From Dehalococcoidia bacterium (lineage in GTDB: Bacteria; Chloroflexota; Dehalococcoidia; Lucifugimonadales; UBA3495), in contig CBDCFB010000001.1 in assembly GCA_965216065.1 (NCBI GenBank), positions 1,554,548-1,618,547 of the forward strand: a stretch of DNA of 64,000 nucleotides, in the 5' to 3' direction. Made by a program: the position numbers and the translations under genes. The notes under the pieces are model-generated. The model did no database searches and was not told the origin of the DNA. It saw nothing but the letters and a program-made list of their open reading frames with translations. This document shows, piece by piece, positions 41,592-51,749 of this stretch (the first letter of the stretch is position 1; every line of letters starts with the position of its first letter).

Positions 41592-42383
41592 ATGGTAGCA
41601 AGACGGCCTTCTCACAGAATTCTGATCGTGGACGACGAAGCCGAGTCGTCGATAATGCGCGTTATGCGTCAACGCATGGAGGAAGAGGGTTGGCGGACTC
41701 TCGTCGTACAACCTGAACCAGTTGTCGGCTCTATGAGCGAAGAGTACCAAGCGACTGCGTTGTGGGATATAGAAGAACACCGTCCTGACGCAGTGCTGCT
41801 CGATGTCAGGTTCGGCGACCATGCCGACGACCGTTTCAAGGGGCTGGATATCCTGGTGCAGATCGTGAATCGATGGCCTCGCCTTCCGGTATTGATGTTC
41901 ACCCAGTACACCCAGGGGCCTGAACGTGAACTGGCAGCCCGCAACGCCCTCAAGTGGGACGCGCCGGTGGACTTCATCGACAAGTTGGCAGGTACGGATG
42001 AGGTTGTTCTTCGCTTGCGACGGCTGATGGGCGTTTCCCCTGAACGAATTGCAGTCGGCGGCGGAATAGTCTTGGACACGGTCGCTCAACTGGTCCTGGT
42101 GGAGGAAGACGCTGCCAGCCGCCCTATCAACGATATCCAGGGCATGAAGTTCGAGATATTCAGAGAGCTGGCCACTGCCTGGTACCGCAGCCCCGGGGAG
42201 CTTGTGCCTTTCTCCCGGCTGGAGCGGTTCTCGGAAGGTGAAGACCCGAGGGCGTCCCTGAGGGTAAGAATACGAGAGATCAAGGACTCCCTGGGGCGGG
42301 CCCTTGGCACGAAATTTGGCCCGGACCAGTTGATCCTCAACGTGCGCGACCGTGGTTATCGCTTGTCTCCACCCAGGGGCTGA
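41592..42383 (+). CDS. Response regulator with C-terminal winged-helix (OmpR-like) domain
   Basis: ILIVDDE, PDAVLLD, FT, IDK; LRVRIREIK..ILNVRDRGYRL. Confidence 0.85.
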   Translation: MVARRPSHRILIVDDEAESSIMRVMRQRMEEEGWRTLVVQPEPVVGSMSEEYQATALWDIEEHRPDAVLLDVRFGDHADDRFKGLDILVQIVNRWPRLPVLMFTQYTQGPERELAARNALKWDAPVDFIDKLAGTDEVVLRLRRLMGVSPERIAVGGGIVLDTVAQLVLVEEDAASRPINDIQGMKFEIFRELATAWYRSPGELVPFSRLERFSEGEDPRASLRVRIREIKDSLGRALGTKFGPDQLILNVRDRGYRLSPPRG

Positions 42384-42417
42384 CGCCGATAAAGAGCGAT
42401 AAAGAGAGGGATCTGGC

Positions 42418-43431
42418 ATGGCGTTGGGGATAGTAAGGCGTCCTGCATCGCCCCTGTGGAAGCATTCCCGCCTTCTCCTTGCACTTTGTGCCACCAGCCT
42501 GTTTGTGGCATTCGCAGGTCTCGTTTGCCTATTTCTCGCCCCCATTGTCGGCCCGGTGGTCTTCGACAGTCTTTGGGGCGTGGAGCCATTGAGCTATATC
42601 GGAGCCCTGCTTCTCATCGCGGGGTTGGCCGCGACGGGCCTCGGGATGGGCGCGGTTGTATTGAAGGGAAGCATCCGGGACGGGGGTGAATGGACTCCGG
42701 AAGAGCAGAACAATCACTGGAGAGAGACCACCGAGCAGTTTTTCAGGCTGTTTGACCACGACTTGGGACGGCCGCTGCGGCGCATCGCCGGGAAGCAGCG
42801 AGAGGTGCAGGCTGCCCTGGAAGCTTCCGGCGAGCTGTTCAATCCAACGGTCCAGGAACTGATGGACGAGATCGCCCGGCAGACGCCGAACTTCCGGCTC
42901 ATGCTTTCCAACATTGAAGTGCTGGTCCAGCTTGAGGCACCAGGGGACCCGCCCTTTTCCTCACCGGTGGAACCCTCTCAGATAGTAAGGCGTATAGCAG
43001 ACCGGTACACCCCGGTCGCTGCTGAATTGAACAAGGAGATCACCTGGTGGGCGGAACCATCAGAGTTTGGGATGGCGTCCTCGGACCCCCACGCTATCGA
43101 GCACATAGTCACCAACCTCGTCGACAACGCGGTGGCCCACGCCGATTCACGCGTTGATGTGACTCTTACCCGGGACGATTCCAGCTTCCATATAGGGGTG
43201 TGGGACGACGGGCCGGGCATCGCGGCCCAATACCTTGAACACATCTTCGACAGGGGCTGGACGCCCGAAGTAGGACAGAGGGAAGAAAAGACCAGTTCGG
43301 GCCTCGGCCTGTTTATAGCTCGAACGCTTGCCCGCCGTTGCGGCGGCGAAGTTACGGTGGAGTCAGCGTCCGCACCGCAGGTAGACCACCATACCGGTTT
43401 CCTCTTGTCCCTGCCTCTGAATGGCCGGTGA
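42418..43431 (+). CDS. Membrane sensor histidine kinase
   Basis: Two TM helices, H-box HDLGRPL, NLVDNA, DDGPGI, GLGL. Confidence 0.9.
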   Translation: MALGIVRRPASPLWKHSRLLLALCATSLFVAFAGLVCLFLAPIVGPVVFDSLWGVEPLSYIGALLLIAGLAATGLGMGAVVLKGSIRDGGEWTPEEQNNHWRETTEQFFRLFDHDLGRPLRRIAGKQREVQAALEASGELFNPTVQELMDEIARQTPNFRLMLSNIEVLVQLEAPGDPPFSSPVEPSQIVRRIADRYTPVAAELNKEITWWAEPSEFGMASSDPHAIEHIVTNLVDNAVAHADSRVDVTLTRDDSSFHIGVWDDGPGIAAQYLEHIFDRGWTPEVGQREEKTSSGLGLFIARTLARRCGGEVTVESASAPQVDHHTGFLLSLPLNGR

Positions 43432-44282
43432 ACATCGAATTGGTGAACGAGGGATTCGCGCTGCCACCCTCACGCCGGTCCCGCCCATGGGTGTTCCTTG
43501 TAGCTGCAGTGTTGGTGCCCGCAATCCTGGCCACAGGCCTGTTGGGTTGCGTGACCGCGCTTCCACGCCCAGATGAGTCCCCCGGTCCGGGTCTCGTTAC
43601 GGAAGTTCCGACACGTCCTGCGCCAACAGAGGAGCCCACTCCCGTTATACCTCCTACACTGGGGCCCACTGCGACGAGACAGGCAACCTCAACCTCGCCG
43701 CCCGCACCAACATCGGAACTCTCCGCCACCGGAATGCCTCCCACCCCCACGCGCCCCGGGACCGGTCTGTCCGACAGACCGCTCCTCCAGGTATTCGCCC
43801 CGGAAGACGGAGCCACGGTTCCCGGCAATACAGTGGCTGTCTACGGACAGACAGGCCCGGGAGGCAGCGTTGAGGTCGCTGGTGTCGAAACCGAGGCGGA
43901 CAGGCAGGGCGGGTTCAGGGCGCAGGTGCCACTGGACCCGGGTGAGAACACAATCTCTGTGGTGGCGACCAGCGACGACGGAGTAACCGTCCAGGTTTCC
44001 CGCAAGGTGATTTCCCTCGCTCTGCCCTTCCTCCTTTTGCTTACGGCACCGGAAAATGAAAGCGTCGTATCCAGTTCCACCGTACCTCTGGCTGGACGCA
44101 CCGGTCCCAATGCCATCGTCAGCATCAACGGCAGGTCCGTCCCTGTTAACCGGTTCGGCTACTTTTCATCAACCATGTTCCTGGAGGAGGGGCCGAACTT
44201 GATAGACGTGGTTGCCACCAACGACGACGGTCAGACCCTGAGCACGGTGATTGCAGTGATCTATCGGCCTCCGGATGGTTAG
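43428..44282 (+). CDS. Lipoprotein with P/T linker and two Ig-like (glucodextranase-B type) domains
   Basis: LLGC lipobox, P/T-rich stretch, repeated L..G.N.I.VVAT..DG; GTG overlaps HK stop. Confidence 0.7.
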   Translation: MNIELVNEGFALPPSRRSRPWVFLVAAVLVPAILATGLLGCVTALPRPDESPGPGLVTEVPTRPAPTEEPTPVIPPTLGPTATRQATSTSPPAPTSELSATGMPPTPTRPGTGLSDRPLLQVFAPEDGATVPGNTVAVYGQTGPGGSVEVAGVETEADRQGGFRAQVPLDPGENTISVVATSDDGVTVQVSRKVISLALPFLLLLTAPENESVVSSSTVPLAGRTGPNAIVSINGRSVPVNRFGYFSSTMFLEEGPNLIDVVATNDDGQTLSTVIAVIYRPPDG

Positions 44283-44285
44283 GCC

Positions 44286-47200
44286 ATGACGCGCGGCCCA
44301 GGCGGATGTAACACAGCGGTAACCCCCTGGGCGATTAGGTGTATTCGGGGCGTATATCGCCCTCAATCTATTGTGAGAATTTCTTTGAATCCCTTCGCAG
44401 GATTGCTCACCCGGGTGCATGCTCGTGCCCTAAGGCCGGCGGGGCTCCTAGCTGTCCTGCTGGCTGTTTTTCTCGCTGTTTCGAGCGGGGGCACGGCCTC
44501 TGCCCAGACTGACCCGGAATGGACCGTAACACTGGGGGGAGACGGAGACGACTTCGCGCACGCCGTTGCCCTCACCGCAGACGGCGGATATGTGATTGCC
44601 GGCGAAACACGCACATCCGGTGCAGGGGCTAGAGACGGATGGCTGGTCAAGCTGGACTCTCAAGGAGCCGAGGTCTGGTCCCGAACTTACGGTGGAGCGA
44701 AAAACGACATCCTGTTCGACGTTCAATCGACTGCCGACGGGGGATTCGTGCTGGCTGGTGAAACCGGCTCCCAGGGTAGTGCTGCTTCTGCGGATAGCAA
44801 CTTCTGGCTGATTAAAGTTGATTCGGAAGGATATGAGGAGTGGCAGCGAAACTACGGAAATTCGGAAGACGTGCTTTCTACTGTTGCATCAACGTCCGAC
44901 TCGGCGAGGGCGGTGCGGCCGACCAGTGATGGAGGGTACATCCTCGCCGGCAGGTCCACAGGCATCTCCGGTGACGCCATCTGGGTCCTCAAGACTGACT
45001 CAGCTGGCACCGCCCAATGGGACAGTGACCTGGCGGCATCGGCCGGGGGGGTGGCCTATGACGTGATCGAGAATTCCTCCGGGAGTTTTGTCGTCGCAGG
45101 GAATTCGAACAGCGATGAAACCGGCAGTGATGCCCTGCTGATAGAGGTGGGCTCCGGAGGCGAAACGATCTGGAGCCGGTCCATCGGTGGCAGCTACAAC
45201 GATGAAGCTCGCTCCCTGGACCTTACTGACGATGGCGGCTACGCCTTGGGAGGCTTCACATGGTCCCGCGGCGCGGGGTTGTCAGACTTCTGGCTGGTGA
45301 AGACCAACAGGCAAGGAGAGCTGGAGTGGCAGCGATCATTCGGCGGGGTGCCTCGAGATGCGGCCCACTCGGTGATGCAAACAGGTGATGGTGGTTTTGC
45401 CCTCGCGGGCTGGTCCGAATCCTTCAGCCAGGGAGACCGTTTCTGGGTTGTCAAAACCGACCCATCAGGCCAGTTGCTGTGGAGTGGCGCTTTCCCTGGC
45501 GCCTCCAAGCCTGCGGGTTCCGGTACGTTCTCTGCGGGCGCCAGAGCGATTGGGCAGGTCGAAGATGGCGGATTTATCGTCGCCGGATGGACTGGGGACA
45601 TTCGGGGCGTCCGCGACATTATGGTGGTGAAAACTGCTCCTATTGAATCCGGGCTTGAGTCCGGGCCTGAATTTGGGCCCCCTGCGCAAACCGGGGCCAC
45701 CGTGGTGCTGCAGAATACCGGGGCCATCAACATCACGGCTGCAGCGGTCGGCTTCGATACGGTGTTTTTCGGTAAGCCCATACGCTTCTGGTACAACGGG
45801 AGGTTGATCGACCAGGACAACCCCTTGCCAAGCGGCGAAATTGCCTGCACGCAGCCTGCCCCGGCGTTGGTTTCCGGTTCCAGCCTGACAATGGACCAAA
45901 TTGGCTCCTACGAGTTCGTCTACCTCGACCCCTTGGTCGAAAGCGGTGAGGCTGGTGCCATCGACATTGATGGCGGTGGCTTTCAATATGACCTGGACGG
46001 ACTCTTGGCAACCCTGAAGGTGGTTTCAGATTCCCCCTGTGAGACCAGCAACCGGCAATTGTCGGAGGGTCCACGGGCCCCGCTTGGCCTGAGTGGGACC
46101 GCTTCTGATACCCGTCCTGATTCGGTGACCCTGGAGTGGGCCGACAACCCCGAGGCTGACATATTCGGCTATTCCGTCTACTTGAGCCGCAGGAGCTCCG
46201 GACCCTTTGTCCGCCGAGCGTGGCTGCTTTCGGATTCCAGTTACGCAGATCCAGGATCTACCGATGGGGCCAGCTACTACTATGCTGTGGGAGCAATAAA
46301 TTCGTGGGGGCTTGAATCCCCGAAGTCCACCGTGGTCCGGGTCCCCACAACTGACTTCACGCCCCCCGCGCCCCCGACAGGCGTGAAGTTGACTGCCTCG
46401 GACCGCCAGGCCGGGGCTGCGGGGCTTGAGTGGTCCGCGAGCCCGGACGCAGACTTGAGCGGCTACCGGGTTTATCGGCAGGACGGGGAAGGACCCCGGA
46501 CCCCGGTCACTGCCCTGTTGTCAGGTACCGGGTTCGAGGACTTGACCCTGCCCCCCGAAGGCACTTTCTCTTATTCGGTAACTGCCATAGACCTTTCCGG
46601 CAACGAGTCCGACTGGTCGAATATTGCTCCGGCCCAACTGGACTTTTTTGGGACCGTGCTCCAGATCCGCCGCAACTTCATCGACGAAGGAACGCTGGCG
46701 GTCAACACCAACCGCGGGCGGGTGGACATGGAAGTCGTCTCCGACACGCACATAAGCGTTCCGGGGCGGGAGAGCGCGGGGCTTGGAGAATTGGCCGTCG
46801 GCGACCATGTAGCCGTTTCGCTGGGGAAAAATACCGAAGGGTCAGTAGCAAGGCAGGTATACCTCGTGCCAGCCAGGACCCGCAACCGCCACTTTGTGGG
46901 GACGGTCAGTGCCCTTACTCCGGACAGCATCGAAATACAGCCTCCGGATGGCAACAGCGTGGCGGTAACCTTTGGTCTTTCCGGATCAGTCGGGATCAAG
47001 TTTCACCAGGGAGGGGTTGAACTGGGTGTTGGCGACTATGTTGTCGCGTCATACGTCTCGTCGGATGGTCAGACGGGGCCTTCACTCACTGAAATCAATG
47101 TGATTTCAGGTCCCGAGCCCGAGTTGATCTCGAACCCGGTAGCTGATCCTGCCAATGTGGCCCTCGTCCGCGGAATATTCCAGGGAATCAACCCCGAAAA

Positions 47201-48878
47201 CGCAAACTTGATACTGTCTGCAACCGAGGTCGGTCTGGACGCCAACACAGTGATGACCGCCGGTATGTCCGTAGGCGACGCCGTGCTGGTCGAGGCCGAG
47301 CTGCTGCCCGACGGTTCCCTGCTGGCCCGTAGAATCGAGCATGACGAGGGAACGGGACAGGTTGCCGTTCGCACGATCCTGCACGGTATCTTTCAGGGCC
47401 GCGATCCGGAAACCGGCCTATGGACGGTTAGCTCCGCGCACTTTGAGGTCGACCGCCACACCTACACGGACGGTCTGCCCAATCCCGGACAGGCAGTCAG
47501 GGTTTCGGCCATCGTCAGGGACGATGGGTCGCTATACGCCCGGGAGATCGAGAACCTTCGTGAATCCGCAGGGGGTGCGGTCTGGATAGAGGGAATTTTC
47601 AGAGAAATCTCAACCCAGGGCGCATGGAATGTCGGCGGCGTACCCGTCAGTGTCGATGCAAATACAGTGCTGTCAGGCCGCCCGTCGGTGGGCCGGCGTG
47701 TTGCGGTTACCGCTACCGGTGGCAGGGGAGATCTGCTGGCAACCGAAGTCTCTGCGATATCTTCCGAACAGGACCGTTTGGTGCGCGCTGTAAGCATCCG
47801 GGGCACCCTGGACCGGTGGCTTGAGGGTCAGTCGCTGGCGGTGGATGGTGTCACCATCCTTCTGAGCGACCTGACGAAGATTGTCGGAGATGTGTCGGTC
47901 GGGTCGACGGTACGGGTGAGGGCGGAACTGCAGGGTAATGGAGACCTGCTGGCACGGGAGGTTGCCCTTTCGGTCGCCTACGACGAGACCGGCGAAACAC
48001 AGGCTAACCCGGTGGACATAGAGGGCCGCATCGAACTGGTCGAAGCCGACGGCACCCTGGTGGTCAATGGAATCCCCGTAGTCACCACTGCGCTCACCTC
48101 GATCGACGCCTCTCTGCAGGTGGGTTCTCCGGTACAGGTCCGCGGAATTCTGCAAAGAGACGGATCGGTGCTGGCGCGGGAAATCCTGGGATACGGGCCA
48201 GGCATCACCGGCGGTACTGAGGCCAGTGTCTCCGGAGTTGTGGAGAGCGTTACCACCCGGAACGACGGCACGGTTACAGGCTTCGTTGTCCATGGAATTT
48301 CAGTGGCCGTGGACGCTTTGACCAGGGTGGAGATGGAGTTGACCCCGGGCATTGCGGTGGTTGTACAGGCCGTAGTTGTGAGCGGAGATATTCTGGCAGT
48401 GACCGTGGAGCCCAGCCCAGCGGGCAGCGTGGGTGTTCTCCCTACTGTGCAGATGCAGGGAATTGTCGCACGCCGATTTGCATCCCCATCCCCGTTCCCG
48501 GTTGATATCGTGGTCAACGGCATCACGGTCCGAATATCCAGTGATACCGAGATAGTGGGCGCAATATCAGGCGGCACAGTCGTTAGGGTTAGCGGCGCAA
48601 TATCAGGCGGCATCTTTGTTGCCAGGAAGATCGAGAGCGTACGCTCACTGCAAACCGCTGCGGAAGAGAGAGTGCATCGGTTCATCCTCAGGGGAGACGT
48701 GCAGGAGGTGAGGCATGACGATGAGGGTCGGATCGAAGCGATTCTATTGGCCGGAAACCTTATCACCATTGTTCCTCTGACAATTCTTCAGGATGAAGTT
48801 TCAGTCGGGAACTCGATCATTGCCCAGGGCATAGTCAGAGATGGTGTTTTGCTGGCCGCCTTGGTCAGACTTCAGTAG
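44286..48878 (+). CDS. Large secreted multidomain protein: beta-propeller repeats, two FN3 domains, multiple DUF5666-like repeats
   Basis: ASA signal cleavage; T.DGG(Y/F)..AG repeats; W....D..GY.VY FN3; repeated G..V.V.....DG.L.A.EI. Start may lie downstream. Confidence 0.8.
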   Translation: MTRGPGGCNTAVTPWAIRCIRGVYRPQSIVRISLNPFAGLLTRVHARALRPAGLLAVLLAVFLAVSSGGTASAQTDPEWTVTLGGDGDDFAHAVALTADGGYVIAGETRTSGAGARDGWLVKLDSQGAEVWSRTYGGAKNDILFDVQSTADGGFVLAGETGSQGSAASADSNFWLIKVDSEGYEEWQRNYGNSEDVLSTVASTSDSARAVRPTSDGGYILAGRSTGISGDAIWVLKTDSAGTAQWDSDLAASAGGVAYDVIENSSGSFVVAGNSNSDETGSDALLIEVGSGGETIWSRSIGGSYNDEARSLDLTDDGGYALGGFTWSRGAGLSDFWLVKTNRQGELEWQRSFGGVPRDAAHSVMQTGDGGFALAGWSESFSQGDRFWVVKTDPSGQLLWSGAFPGASKPAGSGTFSAGARAIGQVEDGGFIVAGWTGDIRGVRDIMVVKTAPIESGLESGPEFGPPAQTGATVVLQNTGAINITAAAVGFDTVFFGKPIRFWYNGRLIDQDNPLPSGEIACTQPAPALVSGSSLTMDQIGSYEFVYLDPLVESGEAGAIDIDGGGFQYDLDGLLATLKVVSDSPCETSNRQLSEGPRAPLGLSGTASDTRPDSVTLEWADNPEADIFGYSVYLSRRSSGPFVRRAWLLSDSSYADPGSTDGASYYYAVGAINSWGLESPKSTVVRVPTTDFTPPAPPTGVKLTASDRQAGAAGLEWSASPDADLSGYRVYRQDGEGPRTPVTALLSGTGFEDLTLPPEGTFSYSVTAIDLSGNESDWSNIAPAQLDFFGTVLQIRRNFIDEGTLAVNTNRGRVDMEVVSDTHISVPGRESAGLGELAVGDHVAVSLGKNTEGSVARQVYLVPARTRNRHFVGTVSALTPDSIEIQPPDGNSVAVTFGLSGSVGIKFHQGGVELGVGDYVVASYVSSDGQTGPSLTEINVISGPEPELISNPVADPANVALVRGIFQGINPENANLILSATEVGLDANTVMTAGMSVGDAVLVEAELLPDGSLLARRIEHDEGTGQVAVRTILHGIFQGRDPETGLWTVSSAHFEVDRHTYTDGLPNPGQAVRVSAIVRDDGSLYAREIENLRESAGGAVWIEGIFREISTQGAWNVGGVPVSVDANTVLSGRPSVGRRVAVTATGGRGDLLATEVSAISSEQDRLVRAVSIRGTLDRWLEGQSLAVDGVTILLSDLTKIVGDVSVGSTVRVRAELQGNGDLLAREVALSVAYDETGETQANPVDIEGRIELVEADGTLVVNGIPVVTTALTSIDASLQVGSPVQVRGILQRDGSVLAREILGYGPGITGGTEASVSGVVESVTTRNDGTVTGFVVHGISVAVDALTRVEMELTPGIAVVVQAVVVSGDILAVTVEPSPAGSVGVLPTVQMQGIVARRFASPSPFPVDIVVNGITVRISSDTEIVGAISGGTVVRVSGAISGGIFVARKIESVRSLQTAAEERVHRFILRGDVQEVRHDDEGRIEAILLAGNLITIVPLTILQDEVSVGNSIIAQGIVRDGVLLAALVRLQ

Positions 48879-48954
48879 GCAACATTGCTGATGGTCCACG
48901 GGGCGGACGGTGCCCAGGTAGCGTTCCCATTCAGGTGATCTGCGTGCCCACAAT

Positions 48955-49022
48955 CCGTCGTTCCCACGAAAGCGGGTATGACGGAAACTTTGTTATTCGT
49001 ATCGGAAAACTAAAAGACCCTG
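48955..49022. repeat. Partial copy (right end) of the 54064-54245 MITE
   Basis: GGG.ATGACGGAAAC..TGTTATTCGTA.CG.AAAACTAAAAGAC.CTG shared with 54197-54245. Confidence 0.75.
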
Positions 49023-49040
49023 CCCTCGGGTCCCTCGTTT

Positions 49041-49311
49041 CAGGGCAATCGCGTCTTGAAGGCTGGGATCTCATTTTGCTGTCATTTGCTCCTTGCCAAG
49101 CCTGGCGCCCCTTATCTAACATTAGTTCTATGGTTATAACGGATGGCAGACAGAACCCGACTGACATCCCTGTAGGTCTCTTGAACCAGCGGCCAGCCCG
49201 AAATGTCCAGAAATGACCGGGAAAACGAAAAAATCAGCCCCTGCAAACCGGCAATGTCGGCTCATCCGCCCCAACCTGCTGAGTTGCTGAATTCAAGACG
49301 CGATTGCCCTG
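49041..49311. mobile_element. Non-autonomous MITE with ISAs1-like 20-bp TIRs
   Basis: CAGGGCAATCGCGTCTTGAA / TTCAAGACGCGATTGCCCTG perfect inverted pair; flanks CTCGTTT / CCCGTTT. Confidence 0.75.
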
Positions 49312-49436
49312 CCCGTTTGAAGAAAAGTGGAGCGTCAGAGGGCGAGAAGGTAGAATGTTTGATGGCCGTGCGCAAACAACTCGAGCGGATCCCGCGCGCC
49401 TCAGGCAAATGTCCGAATCTCGCATCGGCGGTGTAA

Positions 49437-50582
49437 ATGCTGGAACCCGAAATCTTGAAACAAGGCGACGACTCCGGAAACAGGATGGTGGTCAGGTACT
49501 CCGCGCCGAACGGAGCGGTGGTATCGGCCTTGGGAATCCCCCAAGCTTGGGAGACGCCCCTGGGGCCAACTTGGTGCTACGTGGTCGAAGGGGACTACCT
49601 GACGGTAATCGACCCTGGCTGCCACGGTTCGGAGCACCTTCTGGCCGAGGGACTCGAGTACCTGGGGTACTCGATGGCTGCGGTTCAACGTATCGTGGTG
49701 ACCCACGGCCACATGGACCACGACGGGGGCTGCCTGAGCGTGGTGCAGGAAAGCGGCGCCGAGCTGTGGGCCCATGAGATCTACGGCAGCCTTCTGCTCG
49801 AAGACCGCTGGGAAAGGGAGACGAGCTGGCGTCGGGAGGTCACTGGTTTCGAGGCTTTCGAAAACTCCGAGACGGTCGAGAGGGTAAAGAGGCATCACCA
49901 GCGGGCCCTCCAGCTGGACCTTGATTGCTCAGTTACCGACGGCTTGCGGTCCGATGGTCTGACCTACCTGTACACGCCCGGCCACTCGCCGGACGAGCTG
50001 TGCATTCTCTTCGACGGGATCATGTTCACCGGCGACCATGTCCTGCCGCAGATCACGCCCCATCCGTCCGTCAGCCGGAGCCACTCCAGCTATCGCTCCG
50101 TGCTCCCTGAGGCCTACCGGGCCGACAACCAGATCTATGGCCTCAAGGCCCTGCTGCGTTCGCTGCTACGGGTTGCCGCCATTGGAGACACGAGTCCCGA
50201 TGGCATCGCCGTCCTGCCTGCACATCGCGCTTACCATCGTGGCCAGTTCAACCTCGTGGGTCTGGAACGCGCAGCAGAGATCGTCGAACATCACGTCAGT
50301 CGCTGCCATGACCTCGTTGATATTCTGAAAGGCGGTCCTCGGGACCTGGCATCGCTGACTCGGGACCATTTTTCACACCGGGAACTTGACGACAACAACT
50401 TTTTCCTCGCTCTGACCGAGGTGATCAGCCACGTGGAGCTGCTCGTTGAGACTGGCGATGTGTCCATTGAGGGCGGCCCGGCAGTGGGCGAGTTTGGTGG
50501 AACGGTGCGCTGGAACGGAAAGGAATCGTTTCCGGAGTTCATAGAGGCACTGGGATCGGACTTCGCCCTTGTCCCCGACTAG
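49437..50582 (+). CDS. MBL-fold metallo-hydrolase
   Basis: THGHMDH, TPGHS, FTGDH, LPAH. Confidence 0.9.
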   Translation: MLEPEILKQGDDSGNRMVVRYSAPNGAVVSALGIPQAWETPLGPTWCYVVEGDYLTVIDPGCHGSEHLLAEGLEYLGYSMAAVQRIVVTHGHMDHDGGCLSVVQESGAELWAHEIYGSLLLEDRWERETSWRREVTGFEAFENSETVERVKRHHQRALQLDLDCSVTDGLRSDGLTYLYTPGHSPDELCILFDGIMFTGDHVLPQITPHPSVSRSHSSYRSVLPEAYRADNQIYGLKALLRSLLRVAAIGDTSPDGIAVLPAHRAYHRGQFNLVGLERAAEIVEHHVSRCHDLVDILKGGPRDLASLTRDHFSHRELDDNNFFLALTEVISHVELLVETGDVSIEGGPAVGEFGGTVRWNGKESFPEFIEALGSDFALVPD

Positions 50583-50698
50583 CTCGAATTGACAGGTGTT
50601 AGGCCCCGGATATAATGATTCGACTGTCTGCGGCGGGACTGGTATCACGGGCGAATGCAGGATTGGCGTGGCAGATTCCATCGAGGAGGCTGTTTCTC

Positions 50699-51085
50699 AT
50701 GCCTGGAAAGGAAATCATTTCGACCGACAGGATCACGGCTGGTAACGCGCCGCTATCGCAGGCGGTGAGACACGGCAATCTCGTCTTCGTGCAGGGTTGC
50801 ACGGGCCGGCATCCGACAGACAACTCTGTGGGAAAGGACATCAAGGAGCAGACACGACACGCCCTCGAACGCATTTCGATCATCCTGGAGGCTTCGGGTT
50901 CCTCCATGGACCAGGTCCTGACCAACACCTGCTATGTGACCAACAGGGAGGACCTGCCGGGATTCAACGAGGTTTATGCCGAATTCTTCCCGGCTGACCG
51001 GCCAGCTCGCACTACCGTCATAGTCAACTTCGGGGCGCCCGACAATCTGGTGGAAGTCACCAGCACCGCCGCGATCCCCGACTAG
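50699..51085 (+). CDS. RidA/YjgF family protein
   Basis: PLSQAV, FNEVYAEFF..RPARTT, LVE; GAGGAGG RBS. Confidence 0.9.
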   Translation: MPGKEIISTDRITAGNAPLSQAVRHGNLVFVQGCTGRHPTDNSVGKDIKEQTRHALERISIILEASGSSMDQVLTNTCYVTNREDLPGFNEVYAEFFPADRPARTTVIVNFGAPDNLVEVTSTAAIPD

Positions 51086-51144
51086 CCGCACTTCGCAGGC
51101 TTGGCATAATTACCCTTCAGAGCCGCCTGTAAGGGACAACTCCG

Positions 51145-51375
51145 ATGGCAGCAAGAGCGTACATACTGATAGAGACCCGCGTGGGGGCAGCCATAGATGC
51201 GCTTGCGGCCCTTAGAAACATGGACAATGTTTCCGAGGCCGACATTATCACAGGCACCTACGACCTGATCGCTCTCGCGGAAGCCGACGACATGGTGGCC
51301 TTGGTTGAGCTGGTTACCGCCGGGGTCCAAGGCATCGAAGGCGTGGAGCGAACTATCACCTGCGTCGCTACCTAG
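51145..51375 (+). CDS. Stand-alone Lrp/AsnC ligand-binding domain protein
   Basis: AYILI, ITGTYDLIA, I.GVERTITC. Confidence 0.85.
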   Translation: MAARAYILIETRVGAAIDALAALRNMDNVSEADIITGTYDLIALAEADDMVALVELVTAGVQGIEGVERTITCVAT

Positions 51376-51419
51376 ATCGGATATTACCTAAACCGGGAAC
51401 CACAAATTAGGAGGACGGC

Positions 51420-51731
51420 ATGCTTTATCAACTGCGTACTTACACCATCAATCGTGGCATGATGGACGCTTGGGTTGAACTGTTCAACGACCAGCTGGTG
51501 GGAATCCAGAAGAAATATGGCATCACCGTAGATGGGATGTGGGTCAACGCGGACAATAACCAGTTTATCTGGATCAGGTCATTCCCGAGCGCCGATGAGG
51601 TGGCCTCCAGGGAGGAAGCCTTCTATTCGTCTCCTGAGTGGCAGGCCGTCATGGACCACGCCCGAAGCCACATCGCCCGCCTCGAGGTGCAGGCCATGAC
51701 CTCGGTGATGAAGGTCCCCGCCGCCGCCTAG
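51420..51731 (+). CDS. NIPSNAP family protein
   Basis: YQLRTYTI..G.M, FIWIRSF, FY.SPEW. Confidence 0.85.
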   Translation: MLYQLRTYTINRGMMDAWVELFNDQLVGIQKKYGITVDGMWVNADNNQFIWIRSFPSADEVASREEAFYSSPEWQAVMDHARSHIARLEVQAMTSVMKVPAAA

Positions 51732-51749
51732 TCCACAACCTGCTGGGAA

